A stretch of 64,000 bases of DNA from Octopus sinensis. Lineage: Eukaryota. Numbering within the stretch: the first letter of the stretch is position 1; the number at the start of each line of letters is the position of its first letter. The position numbers and the translations under genes are program-made. Location of the stretch: the NCBI RefSeq assembly GCF_006345805.1, contig NC_043004.1, forward strand, positions 29,078,001-29,142,000, written 5' to 3'. Shown here piece after piece: positions 12,690 through 23,373 of the stretch. The notes beneath the pieces were generated by a model. It had not been told where the DNA came from. It was given only the letters and a program-made list of their open reading frames with translations, and searched no databases.

Positions 12690-14795
12690 AGTGGTATTTG
12701 GTGAATAAGAGTTTGATGTTGCTGCCCTCATTTGCACCTCATTCCGCGAGGTAGGTTCATCCGGAATTCTCGACAAGAAGAGATCTAGTTTTGATTTGAA
12801 AACACCTACTCCACTTTCTGTAGGTCTCTTAGGCTCTTTGGGAGATTATTAAAAAGCTGTGGGCCATTGAAACCCAGGCTGTTGCAATTGCTGATCCTGA
12901 AGCGTGACGGCAGCGTTGGGATTTTTGGCACTGTTCAGTGACGACCCGTTCTGGCATTTGTGTAGCTTTCAATGCCAAAATTTGGTACAATCACTTCCAG
13001 GATCTTCCAGATGTATATAACTGCATATCTCTTCCGCCTTCGCTCCAGGGAGTAGAGTCTTTCAGCCTTTCCCAGTAGCTGAGCTGTTGCAATGAGACGA
13101 TTTTCTTTGTGTAGCTTCTCTGGATTGCTTCAAGATCTGCTGTTAATTAGTTGGAAGCAGTAGTCCAGGCGGTTGAGGACGAATGTCCTCCAGAGGGCAA
13201 TCATGGTTTCCTTCTCTCTGGTTCTGAAAGCGCTCAGGATCCACCCAGCCAACCGTCTGCACTTTGTCAACATCTTGGTAATGCGCACTTGGAAAGAGGT
13301 ATCCTCACTCATGTCGATACTTAGGTCACGCACTGATTTAGTTCCTGGGATTGTAATCCCCCCTGGGCCAGTGTACCCTGTAAGTTTTTCATTCAATTTT
13401 GGATGTTGGTAGCGCAGGGCTTGGAATTTTCCAGCGTAACACTGCATACTATTGTCCTCAGCCCATCTGTAAATTGCGTCCAACTCCTACTGCAGGCGTG
13501 CAACTTCGCTAGGGTTTTGTATTTTCTGCGAGATTTTCGTATCGTTTGTGTAGCTAAAAAGGGTAGCTATCCTGGTATCTGAGAACATATATGAGAGGGC
13601 TACTATGAAAAGCAATGGTCCCAAGACAGTCTCCTGTGTAACACCACTCACTATTTGTATTTTCTTTGAGGTGGCTCCATCGGCCACCACTGGCTGATTT
13701 CTATCTTTCAGAAAGTCATGTAACCACTCTCCATGTTTTCCAGCTATACCAAGCTCACGCAGTTTGTTGCATATTATACCATGATCAACTTTATCAAAAG
13801 CTTTTGCAAAATCAAGGTATATTACATTCACATTTGAGTCGTCGAGTAACTGCTTCAACACCTAGTCATAGTGCTGTGGGAGTTGTGTCAGGCGGTTTCT
13901 ACCTCGTCGATAATCATGCTGGGTATCACTCAGCAAGTTGTTTTCTTCAAGGAATGCGATTAGATTCCCCTCTGACTATTCATTCCATGACTTTGCTGAT
14001 GTATGAAGTCAGAGAGATAGGCCTGTAATTTTTGGCAGATGCTCTGCTTCTTCCTTTATGGATAGGGCATATCATTCCCTTCTTCAGTTTGCTTGGCAGC
14101 TTGCCATTTGCAAGAAAACTCTGGAAGAGAATTTGTAGTGGTTTTTCCCGGGCACATTTGCACGATTTGAGGAGGATCGGTGGGAAACCATCAGAGCCAG
14201 CACTTCATCTATGGCTAGTATTATGTCTTCTCCCCAAATGTCGATGTAATAATCTATCGTAATCGCCTCTCTGATGAGGCGGTAAAGAATTCCACTGGTT
14301 TGTTCACTTGTCTGTGTCCCAATGGGGCAGTAAGGATACTTTTGAACTGGTCATTCAGCACTTCACTGATCATGGTTGGGTTATTTGAGGCCGTTTCTTT
14401 GGCATGATGAAAGAAAGCCTTTGGGATTGACTTAATGTTTCTTTATACCCAGGCTTCTTTGTCTGCTCTCTCCTTCACATAAGATTGTTGCAGGCTTTTT
14501 CGGTCTCCATCAGTGTTGTTTTTAGGCGGGATCTTTCACTACTTTGGGAATGTTGATCGAAGCAATTTTCAGCCTTTGCCTGTTGTCTCATAAGGATCTT
14601 CCTCTCCCTTGGAATCTCGTTCCTTTTTGTGTTGGTTTTATGCTCTGGGACATATTTGTAGCATATGGCTTGCATAACAGACATGAAATATTCTAGTTTC
14701 ATGCCGATATCTAGTGTGGAGAGACATTTTGGCCAGTCCTATCTGAGGATCTCTCTTTGGATCGATTTCCAGTCCGCTGTGTATATATTGAATAT
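12690..14795 (-). mobile_element. Degraded, 5'-truncated CR1-clade-like LINE (RT and C-terminal region)
   Basis: YLDFAKAFDKVDH, GVTQETVLGPLLF, YTNDTK, CRRLAGWILSAFRTRE, YWERL...SLERRR and KLDLFLSRIPDEP. Contains stops and frameshifts. Confidence 0.88.
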
Positions 14796-15045
14796 TGCTC
14801 ACTAACTCCGTGCACCTTGACCATTAGATCTTACCTTTACTTATGTATGTATGTATGTATGTATGTATGTATGTATGTATGTATGTATGTATGTATGTAT
14901 GTATGTATTATATATATATATATATATATATATGCATATATATATACATACATACATACATACATACATACATACATACATACATACATACATACATAAG
15001 TAAAGGTAAGATCTAATGGTCAAGGTGCACGGAGTTAGTGAGCAA
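14795..15045. repeat. Fold-back palindrome: perfect unique arms (about 48 bp) around (TATG)n-(TA)n-(CATA)n
   Basis: ttgctcactaactccgtgcaccttgaccattagatcttacctttactt is the exact reverse complement of aagtaaaggtaagatctaatggtcaaggtgcacggagttagtgagcaa. Confidence 0.95.
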
Positions 15046-18000
15046 GCAATCCGTAGAAGATATAATAAATAACTTTCAGTGACAATAGTGGTTTATTGAC
15101 ACAATATTTATTGGCAGAACATGCCTCGAGTTTACATGTTAAAATTATAACATGTAAATACAAAACATGTTCATTATCGCCTCGTCTTTATATGCTAATC
15201 TTGGCTTTCCTGCTGACGAGAGCTTCGCCAATGTAAATTATTGAGATAGATAGTCCTTATTTCTTTTTAGTATGCAATTTTGTTATTATTAAGATGTTTC
15301 CCGTGAAATATACTAATTCTAATTAATGAATGACAAGGATTTTTTAGGCACCACTGAGAAAAATTAGGATAATTTAAATAGTGATTTAAACTGCAGGGTG
15401 ACTATAAGTTAATGTTTTGCAAAAGTGCTCGGCTAGTGCTTACTTTTATTCACAACCATTCCCGTTGAACTTCGGAATATACTCGCTTCATTGTACAAAT
15501 AGTGAATATATTTTGGGTGCATATACATATTTACTTGACCTACTAGAAACAGCAAACAAACCTCCATCAAATTATACTCTGACGTCTTAAATATGAAAGG
15601 CATTAGATATCATTAATGATACTCTAAAAGCATGTTATGTACACTGATGGAATGCTTTTGTGCATAGGTTTTCTCAACAGGGGATGCCCTAGGTTTCGTA
15701 CGAGGCTTGGAATCTACAACCAAACTGTCCTAAGATATATTCTCCGATATTTAATTTTCTAGAACTAATTTATAAATGATGCTCTCGCAAATTACTAAAG
15801 TTTATGTCAGCTCTCCATTTAGATTCAGACGGCAATTAAAGATTGCTAACTAATAGCCTTCCTGGTATAACATCGGTTTTTGCTTACGTATGCAATAAAA
15901 CCAATTTTGGTTGAGAAAGGATAGAGTTAATAAGATAGGTCTCGAAAATTACTGGTTCTTTCTTTATTAATTCAGTATTAAGAAATTTCATTGGCTTACA
16001 AAGTTTACATATAGAGAATAAATTGAGCAAATCAATAAATGAAGGGCACTATCATTTTATCATATCGCTTTCAGTATTTGAGGAAAATTGTTTCTTTTTG
16101 GTAGTCGAGGCGTATAAACGACTTAATTTTCAAATTTAATTCATTTTTTATTCATTTTTATTCATTTTTTATACATGTTCTTTCTAATTTTAAACTTTAG
16201 AACGATTGGGAGTTGTAATAACTGATAGTAAGAACCAAATAAGTTTAATACAAATTGTATTAATTATCTGAAAACTAAATATTGCAAAATCAGTGATACA
16301 TTTATTGTTAACTAACGATTCGGTCAAATTCATCGCTTTTCATGTTATCTAAATATAGGGATTGACCCTTTATGTACTTAGACTTTAAAAAATTACATAA
16401 AGGAAATGAACTTAGAAGTATTTCAAAACATTAATTTATATTTTAAGATGACTTTCTTCGCACATTGATCATAAATAATTCATCCTTATACTTTGTTATT
16501 TGATTTTTCTTCTTGCATTCTTCTCTGATGAATGTAGGAATCAATGTATCATATTTGTTAGATTCCCAAGCAATAAAGTATTAACGAAAAGATATTCAAT
16601 CATTTGCTTATAATGAAATAATATACATTATATGATGGATATGGTCAGAAATCAATAATTGTGAAATTTTCAAAACTTAATTTGTTATTAACGACTATCA
16701 TTTAAAAGTCACAAATGACGGAATCGACGGTGAAGAGCTACCGGCAGAAGTGCTGGTGGATGTTATGCTGTAAAAAACCCACAATTTAACTCTCAATGAT
16801 CCAATTTACTTTTTGTAGAAACTATAATGAATCACAGCTCATCGTTAAGGCATAAGTTACTCTGAAAATTCTATAAAAGCTTCGTTAGCTCTGTTAGCTG
16901 AAGATGGAAACTTCTTCAACCAGGTTTAACCAATAAACGAACTTTCTAAGAAACCACCCGATATGCGAGAAATTGCAGCCACATCTCTTTCTCATCACTC
17001 CAGTGGCTTAGAGAAGAAAATATTGGATGATATAAGTTTTGAGTTCCCTGCACATGGGAAAGTAGCAAAATGATCACGGTTAAATGCCATTTATTATAAA
17101 TCTGTTGAAATAACCGTGATCTGAGGACAGACAACTTGCCCTATATATATAAAGTCGTAGATTTCATCATTGCCATTAGACTTATTCAGCAAGTAGAAAA
17201 GACAGTATTGGCTATTCCAAAAATGAACACTATCATAAAAGTTTCGTACACTATTGAGTTATATGGATTTACTATATTAATGTCATCCTTAGTACATCAA
17301 TTACGTTTTGATATTAACAATTTTATGAGTTGGAATCACGCAAGACTATCTGTTTTGCAAATCAAACTAATTATCTTAATTCAATTCCACTAGTTGAAAA
17401 TAACTGAATAATTTATATTATTTTGTTGTTGTTTCCCTTCACATTGGTTCCATCGTATTCCATTCAGTAACATTTGATCAATGTCCGACTCAACTGCCAA
17501 TGTGTATAATTTTGCACTTGCATACATAGAATATTTCTAAGAAAATATATTCTTGTACAAAACAGACTGGCATTTAACGAAATCTTTCTCTTTATCTCAT
17601 ATTTTATTAACAAACACATCTAAATGATTTGTCGCCTTCAGAATCCTACCTACAACAAGTATAATTAATCACCTATTTTACTGAATGGGAAAATTATTCT
17701 GAAGTTTTTTGTTGCAAATAATTTTTATCTTTCAAATTAATTTACAATGATGTTGCTGAGTAAAATATTCTGTATGGGTTATATTATGGATTGAGCATTT
17801 TGCATCAGATAAAAAAGATAATATTAGTTTATCAATATGTATTAATAAATTGACAAAAACAGATACATCGTGTTTTATAGAATTACATTTACTTTTAGTT
17901 GTTGATTTAAAAAATTTAAAACATTTTTAATAATTTTCCTTTTGTTAAATTTGTTTTAATATAATGTTAAAATTGCAAAGTTGATTGTTTAATATTTATA

Positions 18001-18126
18001 TGAATTTAAAATCCAAACGCATCATTTAGTAATCTTATGTGTTGATGTCTAAGAATTACTAAAATCAAAAAATAAAAGCAAATCAAAGATACTAGAAACA
18101 AACCGTTACTCGCAATATATATAGAC

Positions 18127-18402
18127 GTTAGGGTATTCAGATCACGATCGTAATGTCGTTTGTTAGATTCCCATCGGCGTGTTGTGTACCTTGAGCAAGA
18201 CACTGTATTTCACGTTGCTTCAGTCCACTTAGCCAGCAAAAATGAGTAGCACTTGTATATCAAACTGCCAACCTTGTACACACTCTGTATCACGCCGAAT
18301 CTTACTGAGAACTCTGTCAAGTGCTCAACGACCTGCCCTTTAATTTCATGAGTAGGCTGTTCCATCGATCGAATCAACTGGAAGCCTCGCCACAGTAACC
18401 GG

Positions 18403-18403
<1 letters not shown>
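18127..18403 (+). mobile_element. tRNA/CORE-like SINE (diverged)
   Basis: Homologous to 9067-9394 (gtgtaccttgagcaagacactgtatttcacgttgcttcagtccacttagc). Confidence 0.8.
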
Positions 18404-18497
<94 letters not shown>

Positions 18498-18559
18498 TGT
18501 GTGTGTGTGTACATATATATGCATATATACATGTTTATATATGTATGTATGTATATTCT

Positions 18560-18785
18560 TTTATTCTTTCCATTATTCCCTTACTTGTTTCAGTCGCTTG
18601 ACAGCGGTCATGCTGGAGCACCGCTTTGGCGGGTTTTAGTCGAACTAATCGGTCCCAGGTTTTCTTAGTCCAGTACTTATTCCATCAATCTCTTGCCGAA
18701 CAACTAAGTTACGAGGACGTAAATAGACCAATACCGGTTGCCAACCAGTGATACGAGGAATAGGTACAGACACAAAGACACTAAC
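18560..18785 (-). mobile_element. SINE 3' portion
   Basis: ttacttgtttcagtc...gcggtcatgctggagcaccg...ttagtcga...gccgaac.gctaag is shared with 19121-19325 and 58585-58800. Confidence 0.8.
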
Positions 18786-18797
18786 ACGTATATATAT

Positions 18798-18856
<59 letters not shown>

Positions 18857-18963
18857 TATCAGTAATAATATAGGGTGAAATTAATTAATTTGGAATAATC
18901 ATTAATTTCACCAAGTAGATTTCGGCATGTAAAAGCCTCATTCAAGGAAAGTTTAAGTAATAC

Positions 18964-19065
18964 TAAGTAATTAAGGGTTTAGCAACGATTTGCCTCACCA
19001 CACACCGACTGCTATTTCTAAATTCGGTGTGTGGTCAGGCAAATCGTTGCTAACCCTTAATTACT

Positions 19066-19067
<2 letters not shown>
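18964..19067. repeat. Near-perfect hairpin, about 43-bp stem and 15-nt loop
   Basis: agtaattaagggtttagcaacgatttgcctcaccacacaccga pairs with tcggtgtgtggtcaggcaaatcgttgctaacccttaattact (one extra base, one mismatch). Confidence 0.92.
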
Positions 19068-19120
<53 letters not shown>

Positions 19121-19125
<5 letters not shown>

Positions 19126-19325
19126 TTTTATTTGTTTCAGTCACTTGACTGCGGCCATGCTGGATAGAGTACCACCTTTAGTCGAACAAATCGAACCCAG
19201 GACTCATTCTCTGCAAGCTTAGTATTTATTCTATCGGTCTCTTTTTGCCGAACCGCTATGCGAGGGGCAAGTAAACACACCAACATTGGCTGTCAAGCGA
19301 TGGTCGGGGACAAACGCAGACACAA
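19121..19325 (-). mobile_element. SINE 3' portion
   Basis: Same family as 18560-18785 and 58585-58981. Confidence 0.8.
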
Positions 19326-19377
19326 ATAACAAATACATACATACATACATAAATATATATATGTGTGTGTGTGTGTG

Positions 19378-19419
<42 letters not shown>

Positions 19420-19421
<2 letters not shown>

Positions 19422-20310
19422 ACAGGACGCCACTGGCAGTAAACAACATGAAATACGAAAACAAATGAGTTAAATATACAAATAATAAAGCAAAAAAGTA
19501 CAAGTAATACAAAGAATGACTTGTCATCAGTTTTCAGCTGTTTGTCTACTCCCCATTTCGATCAATCAATCACAATATGAATCTTCGAAAACCATTGCTC
19601 CTATAAATACCAAAATAAAATTTGGTATTTTTGGTGGGTCAATGTTAGGGACAAAAACTTGATAGAGGAGACATAGAGGGAAACCGAACGAAAACAAACA
19701 TGGAAGGTCGTTAGTCCTGAACAAGGGAAAAAGTGAACCTGAGAGAAATATTTTCTTGTAAAAGAGAAAAGATAGAAGAGCACAAGGAGACGTCCAGTCC
19801 TTAGAACGTCCGTGTAGGAAAGAAAGATGGTCACGTGAGGAAAAGAAAGATGGACGATGGTCACGTGCAAGCAATGAGGTAGAGAAAAAGAGAAAGAGGG
19901 GGACAGAGATAGAAAACTGTGAAAGGGAGAAAAAGCGAAATTAGGGGGGATTGGGGAGAAAACAGTATAGAGAAAATGGTTTAGCAATAGTTATTCTAGA
20001 GAAGATATGAAATAGTGAAGTGGAGGAATGAAAACAGACGTGAGGTTTACAAACTCTATGCTTGGAATGACCAATTTTAAATACTATTGGAACTTACACA
20101 CAAGGTACAGGAAACTTATATGCATATCATTCTACTTATATAATGTAACTGTAGATACAATATCCCTGCATATCTCACGTCTGTTTTCATTTCTCCATTT
20201 CACTCTCTATTTCACATCTTCTCTAGAATAACTATTGCTTAATCATATTCTCACACCGTCTCCAATGAAGAGATATATAAAATATTCCGGAAACAGCTGT
20301 AAGACCTTCC
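19420..20310. mobile_element. Penelope-like UTR/pLTR segment with an internal 65-bp inverted repeat
   Basis: 19420-19545 is homologous to 21995-22110. 19979-20043 and 20173-20241 are inverted copies. Ends in a degenerate hammerhead motif (20258-20305). Confidence 0.5.
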
Positions 20311-20506
20311 CTTTATAAATGTTCTGAAATCTTTCACAGCCTTGGATTTTTTATATCATTCTGTTAATTTTTTAAATATACGTATGCTGATATATGACCC
20401 ACGTTGGCCTCCTCATTCGCATAATCACCGAACCTAGAGCTTAACTATAGTCTGTCCATAGCACTTACTCAGCATTACTTGACACCATAACCTCTCATAA
20501 CCTCAA

Positions 20507-20546
<40 letters not shown>

Positions 20547-20584
20547 TCTGTAAATGCAATATGTGACAATTATTCGGTAGCCAT

Positions 20585-20644
20585 GATAAAACTCCGAGTT
20601 TCGGATGTCGGGGTGAAATCCACGCCGCCATCTCTTCAGTTATC
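20585..20644 (-). ncRNA. Minimal type I hammerhead-ribozyme-like motif
   Basis: Reverse complement: GATAA-CTGAAGA-GATG...CATC-C-GAAA-CTCGGAG-TT-TTATC. Stem I is 5 bp, the core is canonical and the cleavage triplet is GUU. Confidence 0.6.
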
Positions 20645-20879
20645 CAGCCATCGGAAAAATGCTTTTTTGTTTAAATATATAAAAAAATATATGTATAAAA
20701 ATAAATAAATATATGTAAAATATATTAGAAATATAAGTAAAAAGTATAAAGAGATAAAAAGCTTGTACGTGGACACAATATAGAAAGCAAATCCTATCTG
20801 TAATCTAGGAGGGATCACGGCTGCCACTAGGTTAGTACAATGGTCCAATAGTATAGAAGTCGTTGACTGGTTTAAAGCC

Positions 20880-21990
20880 ATTAAGAATAAGAATAAAGTG
20901 AGATTCGATTTTTATGCCTCTATCTCTAAGGAACTGCTAGATAAAGCGCTGACCTTCGCAAGCGAATTCATAGAAATCAGTACACAGGATAAGGACATAA
21001 TATTCCATGCTGGAAAGACTTTACTCTTCAGCGAGAATGCAGAGTGGGTCAAGACTACCGATACAGAGCATGGGGTCATATGATGGAGCAGGCATATGCG
21101 ATCGTATTGGACTATTCCTACTCGATACGTTGGGCTAGACCTTTCCTGACGTTTACTTAGCCATTTACAAAGATGATGCCCTCGCCTTAACCGCAAATAC
21201 CAATGGACCAGCACAGGATCGGTTTAGGAAGGACATTATCTATTTGATGAAAACCTTCGGACTTAGCATAACTACAGACACCAACCTGACGGTTGTCAAT
21301 TTCCTAGATGTATCCTTAGATCTAAATAAGAATTTTTATAAAGCCTTATAGGTAGCCCAACGAAAGACTTAGCTATATTAATGCGGGTTCCTGCTATCCC
21401 CTCATAGTGTTTAAAAGTTTAGTTTAAAAAATTAGCAAAAGAATTTCTAGCCTTTCCTCCGATAGGGGCATTTTTAATAGCATTGCCCCAGTATATGATA
21501 AGGCTCTAAAAGATAGTGGATTTAGCGAGGAAATAACCTATACACCTGCTACCAGTCCAATAATAAAGAAAAAGAATCACAGGAACAGGAAAACTATCTG
21601 GTTCACACACCCCTACTCACCCGAAGTGACAGTCAATATAGGCAAGTATTTTTTAGCACTGAAAGATAGACATTTTCCAGTCAACCATACTTACAGAAAG
21701 CTCTTCAACAGACATAACTTAAAAATCAGTTTCAGCTCAACTACTGATTTTAAAAATATAATCGCACACAACACACAAAAACCACAATACGAAACCAGCT
21801 GTTCATGCAGGGATAAAAATTTGTGCCCGCTAAATGAAGCTTGCATGTCCGAAACCATTATTTATGAAGCCACCGTGAACTCTATATCCACTAGGGATAT
21901 GGTTTCGACGAAGAAATACGTGGGCCTTACAGACAGTAATTTCAAGACCAGGTTCAATAATCACACCTTGAGCTTCAGGTATATATATAA
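20880..21990 (+). mobile_element. Degraded Penelope-like retroelement (RT + GIY-YIG endonuclease)
   Basis: FYASISKELLDKALTFA, KTLLF..WVK, YKDDA, TNLTVVNFLDV, NIGKYFLAL..HFP..H.YRKLFNRHNLKIS, CSCRDKNLCPL..C..IIYEATV and YVGLTDSNFKTRFNNH. Confidence 0.9.
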
Positions 21991-22439
21991 GTATACAGGA
22001 TGTCACCAACAGAAAACATGAAATACGAAAACAAATGAGTGAAATACGAAAATAGAGAAAAAAGGACAATACAAAGAATGACCCTTCATCAGTTGTCAGC
22101 TGTGTATCCACACAGACACACGCACGCACGCACACATATATATATATATATACATACATATACATTTATATACATATACATAAACACACACACACACACA
22201 CATATATAATGTTATGAGGACATAAACACAACACCGATTGTATTTGGTATAGAGTGTGGAGTCTTGTAAGATTGGAGGTTTTGAACTTGCTGCGAAAATA
22301 GTGTGATGTTGGCAAGGTAAAGAAGGCGGAAATGATTTTATTAAACCATAAAGACCAAGTCGGAAAAAAAGATAAATAAAAGAGAGATAAAATAAATCAT
22401 TAGATTGGTGAATAAAAGAAGAGCTCACCAAAAGTTTAC

Positions 22440-23040
22440 ACATTTTAGAGGAAAATGAAAGAACTCTCTAAAAACTCTCTAAAGATTCCGTTTCAGCTTT
22501 TAGTCCAGAGCTTTTGAGCCATTGCTGGCTTTTACTTAAGCTCACTTCTTTTCTGTTAAACCTTACAAGGTATTGGCCATGGAGTGACTTTTCTCTCCAT
22601 TTCTTCTTTAGTATATTTTGTAGTTCTGTTTCCTCTTTGTTTTTTGTCTCTTTGACCATTTCTGCTGTTGTCTTCTGAGGTCAATGTATCAGTGTAGCTT
22701 GTTTCTGTTTTGTATTTTGTTGCCGCCTTGTGTATAGAGAAAAGCGTTTTCTTTTTCTCGTGTTGCCTTATTACACGTAGTAGTTTTCCACTTTTTGTTT
22801 ATAAGTACGTTTCTACTCCAACTGTTGTTATTTTATAATAGTTATTTTTGTAAATCAGGCTACGGCTACCTTCTGAGCGGGGTAGCTATATTCAGTCTAC
22901 GTCTGCTATTAGGTGGCGACGTCGGTATGCTGTTAATAGCTTTGTAGTTTTTCTAAGTTTCTCAATTCACTGACCCTCCAGTTTATGTTGAAGCTGTAAT
23001 TTATGACTGGTATGGCTAGCAGATCTATCCCTATTATCTC
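22440..23040 (-). mobile_element. R4/Dong-clade LINE fragment (degraded)
   Basis: LAIPVINYSFNINW, ADVD..LPRSEG, KWREKSLHGQY and WLKSSGLKAETE. Confidence 0.85.
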
Positions 23041-23047
23041 ACTTTAA

Positions 23048-23120
<73 letters not shown>

Positions 23121-23125
23121 CCTTT

Positions 23126-23300
23126 AAGGAGGCAAGCTGGCAAAATCATCAGCACGCCGTCTTAACGTTTTGATTTCAAATTTCGCCTAGGTCAACTTTA
23201 TCTTTCATCCTTTCGGGGTCGAGAAAACAAGTGCCAGATGAGTACTGGGGTTAATATAATCGACTTACCCTTATAGGCCTTGTACCTATAATAGAAGTTA
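23126..23300 (+). mobile_element. tRNA-derived SINE flanked by (ATT)n on both sides
   Basis: aagg.ggc.agctggca.aatc.t.agcac...tttcatcctttcggggtcga...actggggt...atcgacttacc...tataatagaa. Related copies at 33234, 34516, 52381, 53943 and 63110. Confidence 0.8.

Positions 23301-23372
<72 letters not shown>

Positions 23373-23373
<1 letters not shown>

Noticed and set aside
16973-17075. MREIAA..EKKILDDISFEFPAHGKVAK resembles the start of an ABC ATPase domain
   Set aside because: A stop follows at once and no Walker A (GxxGxGKS/T) can be read in any frame; likely chance.
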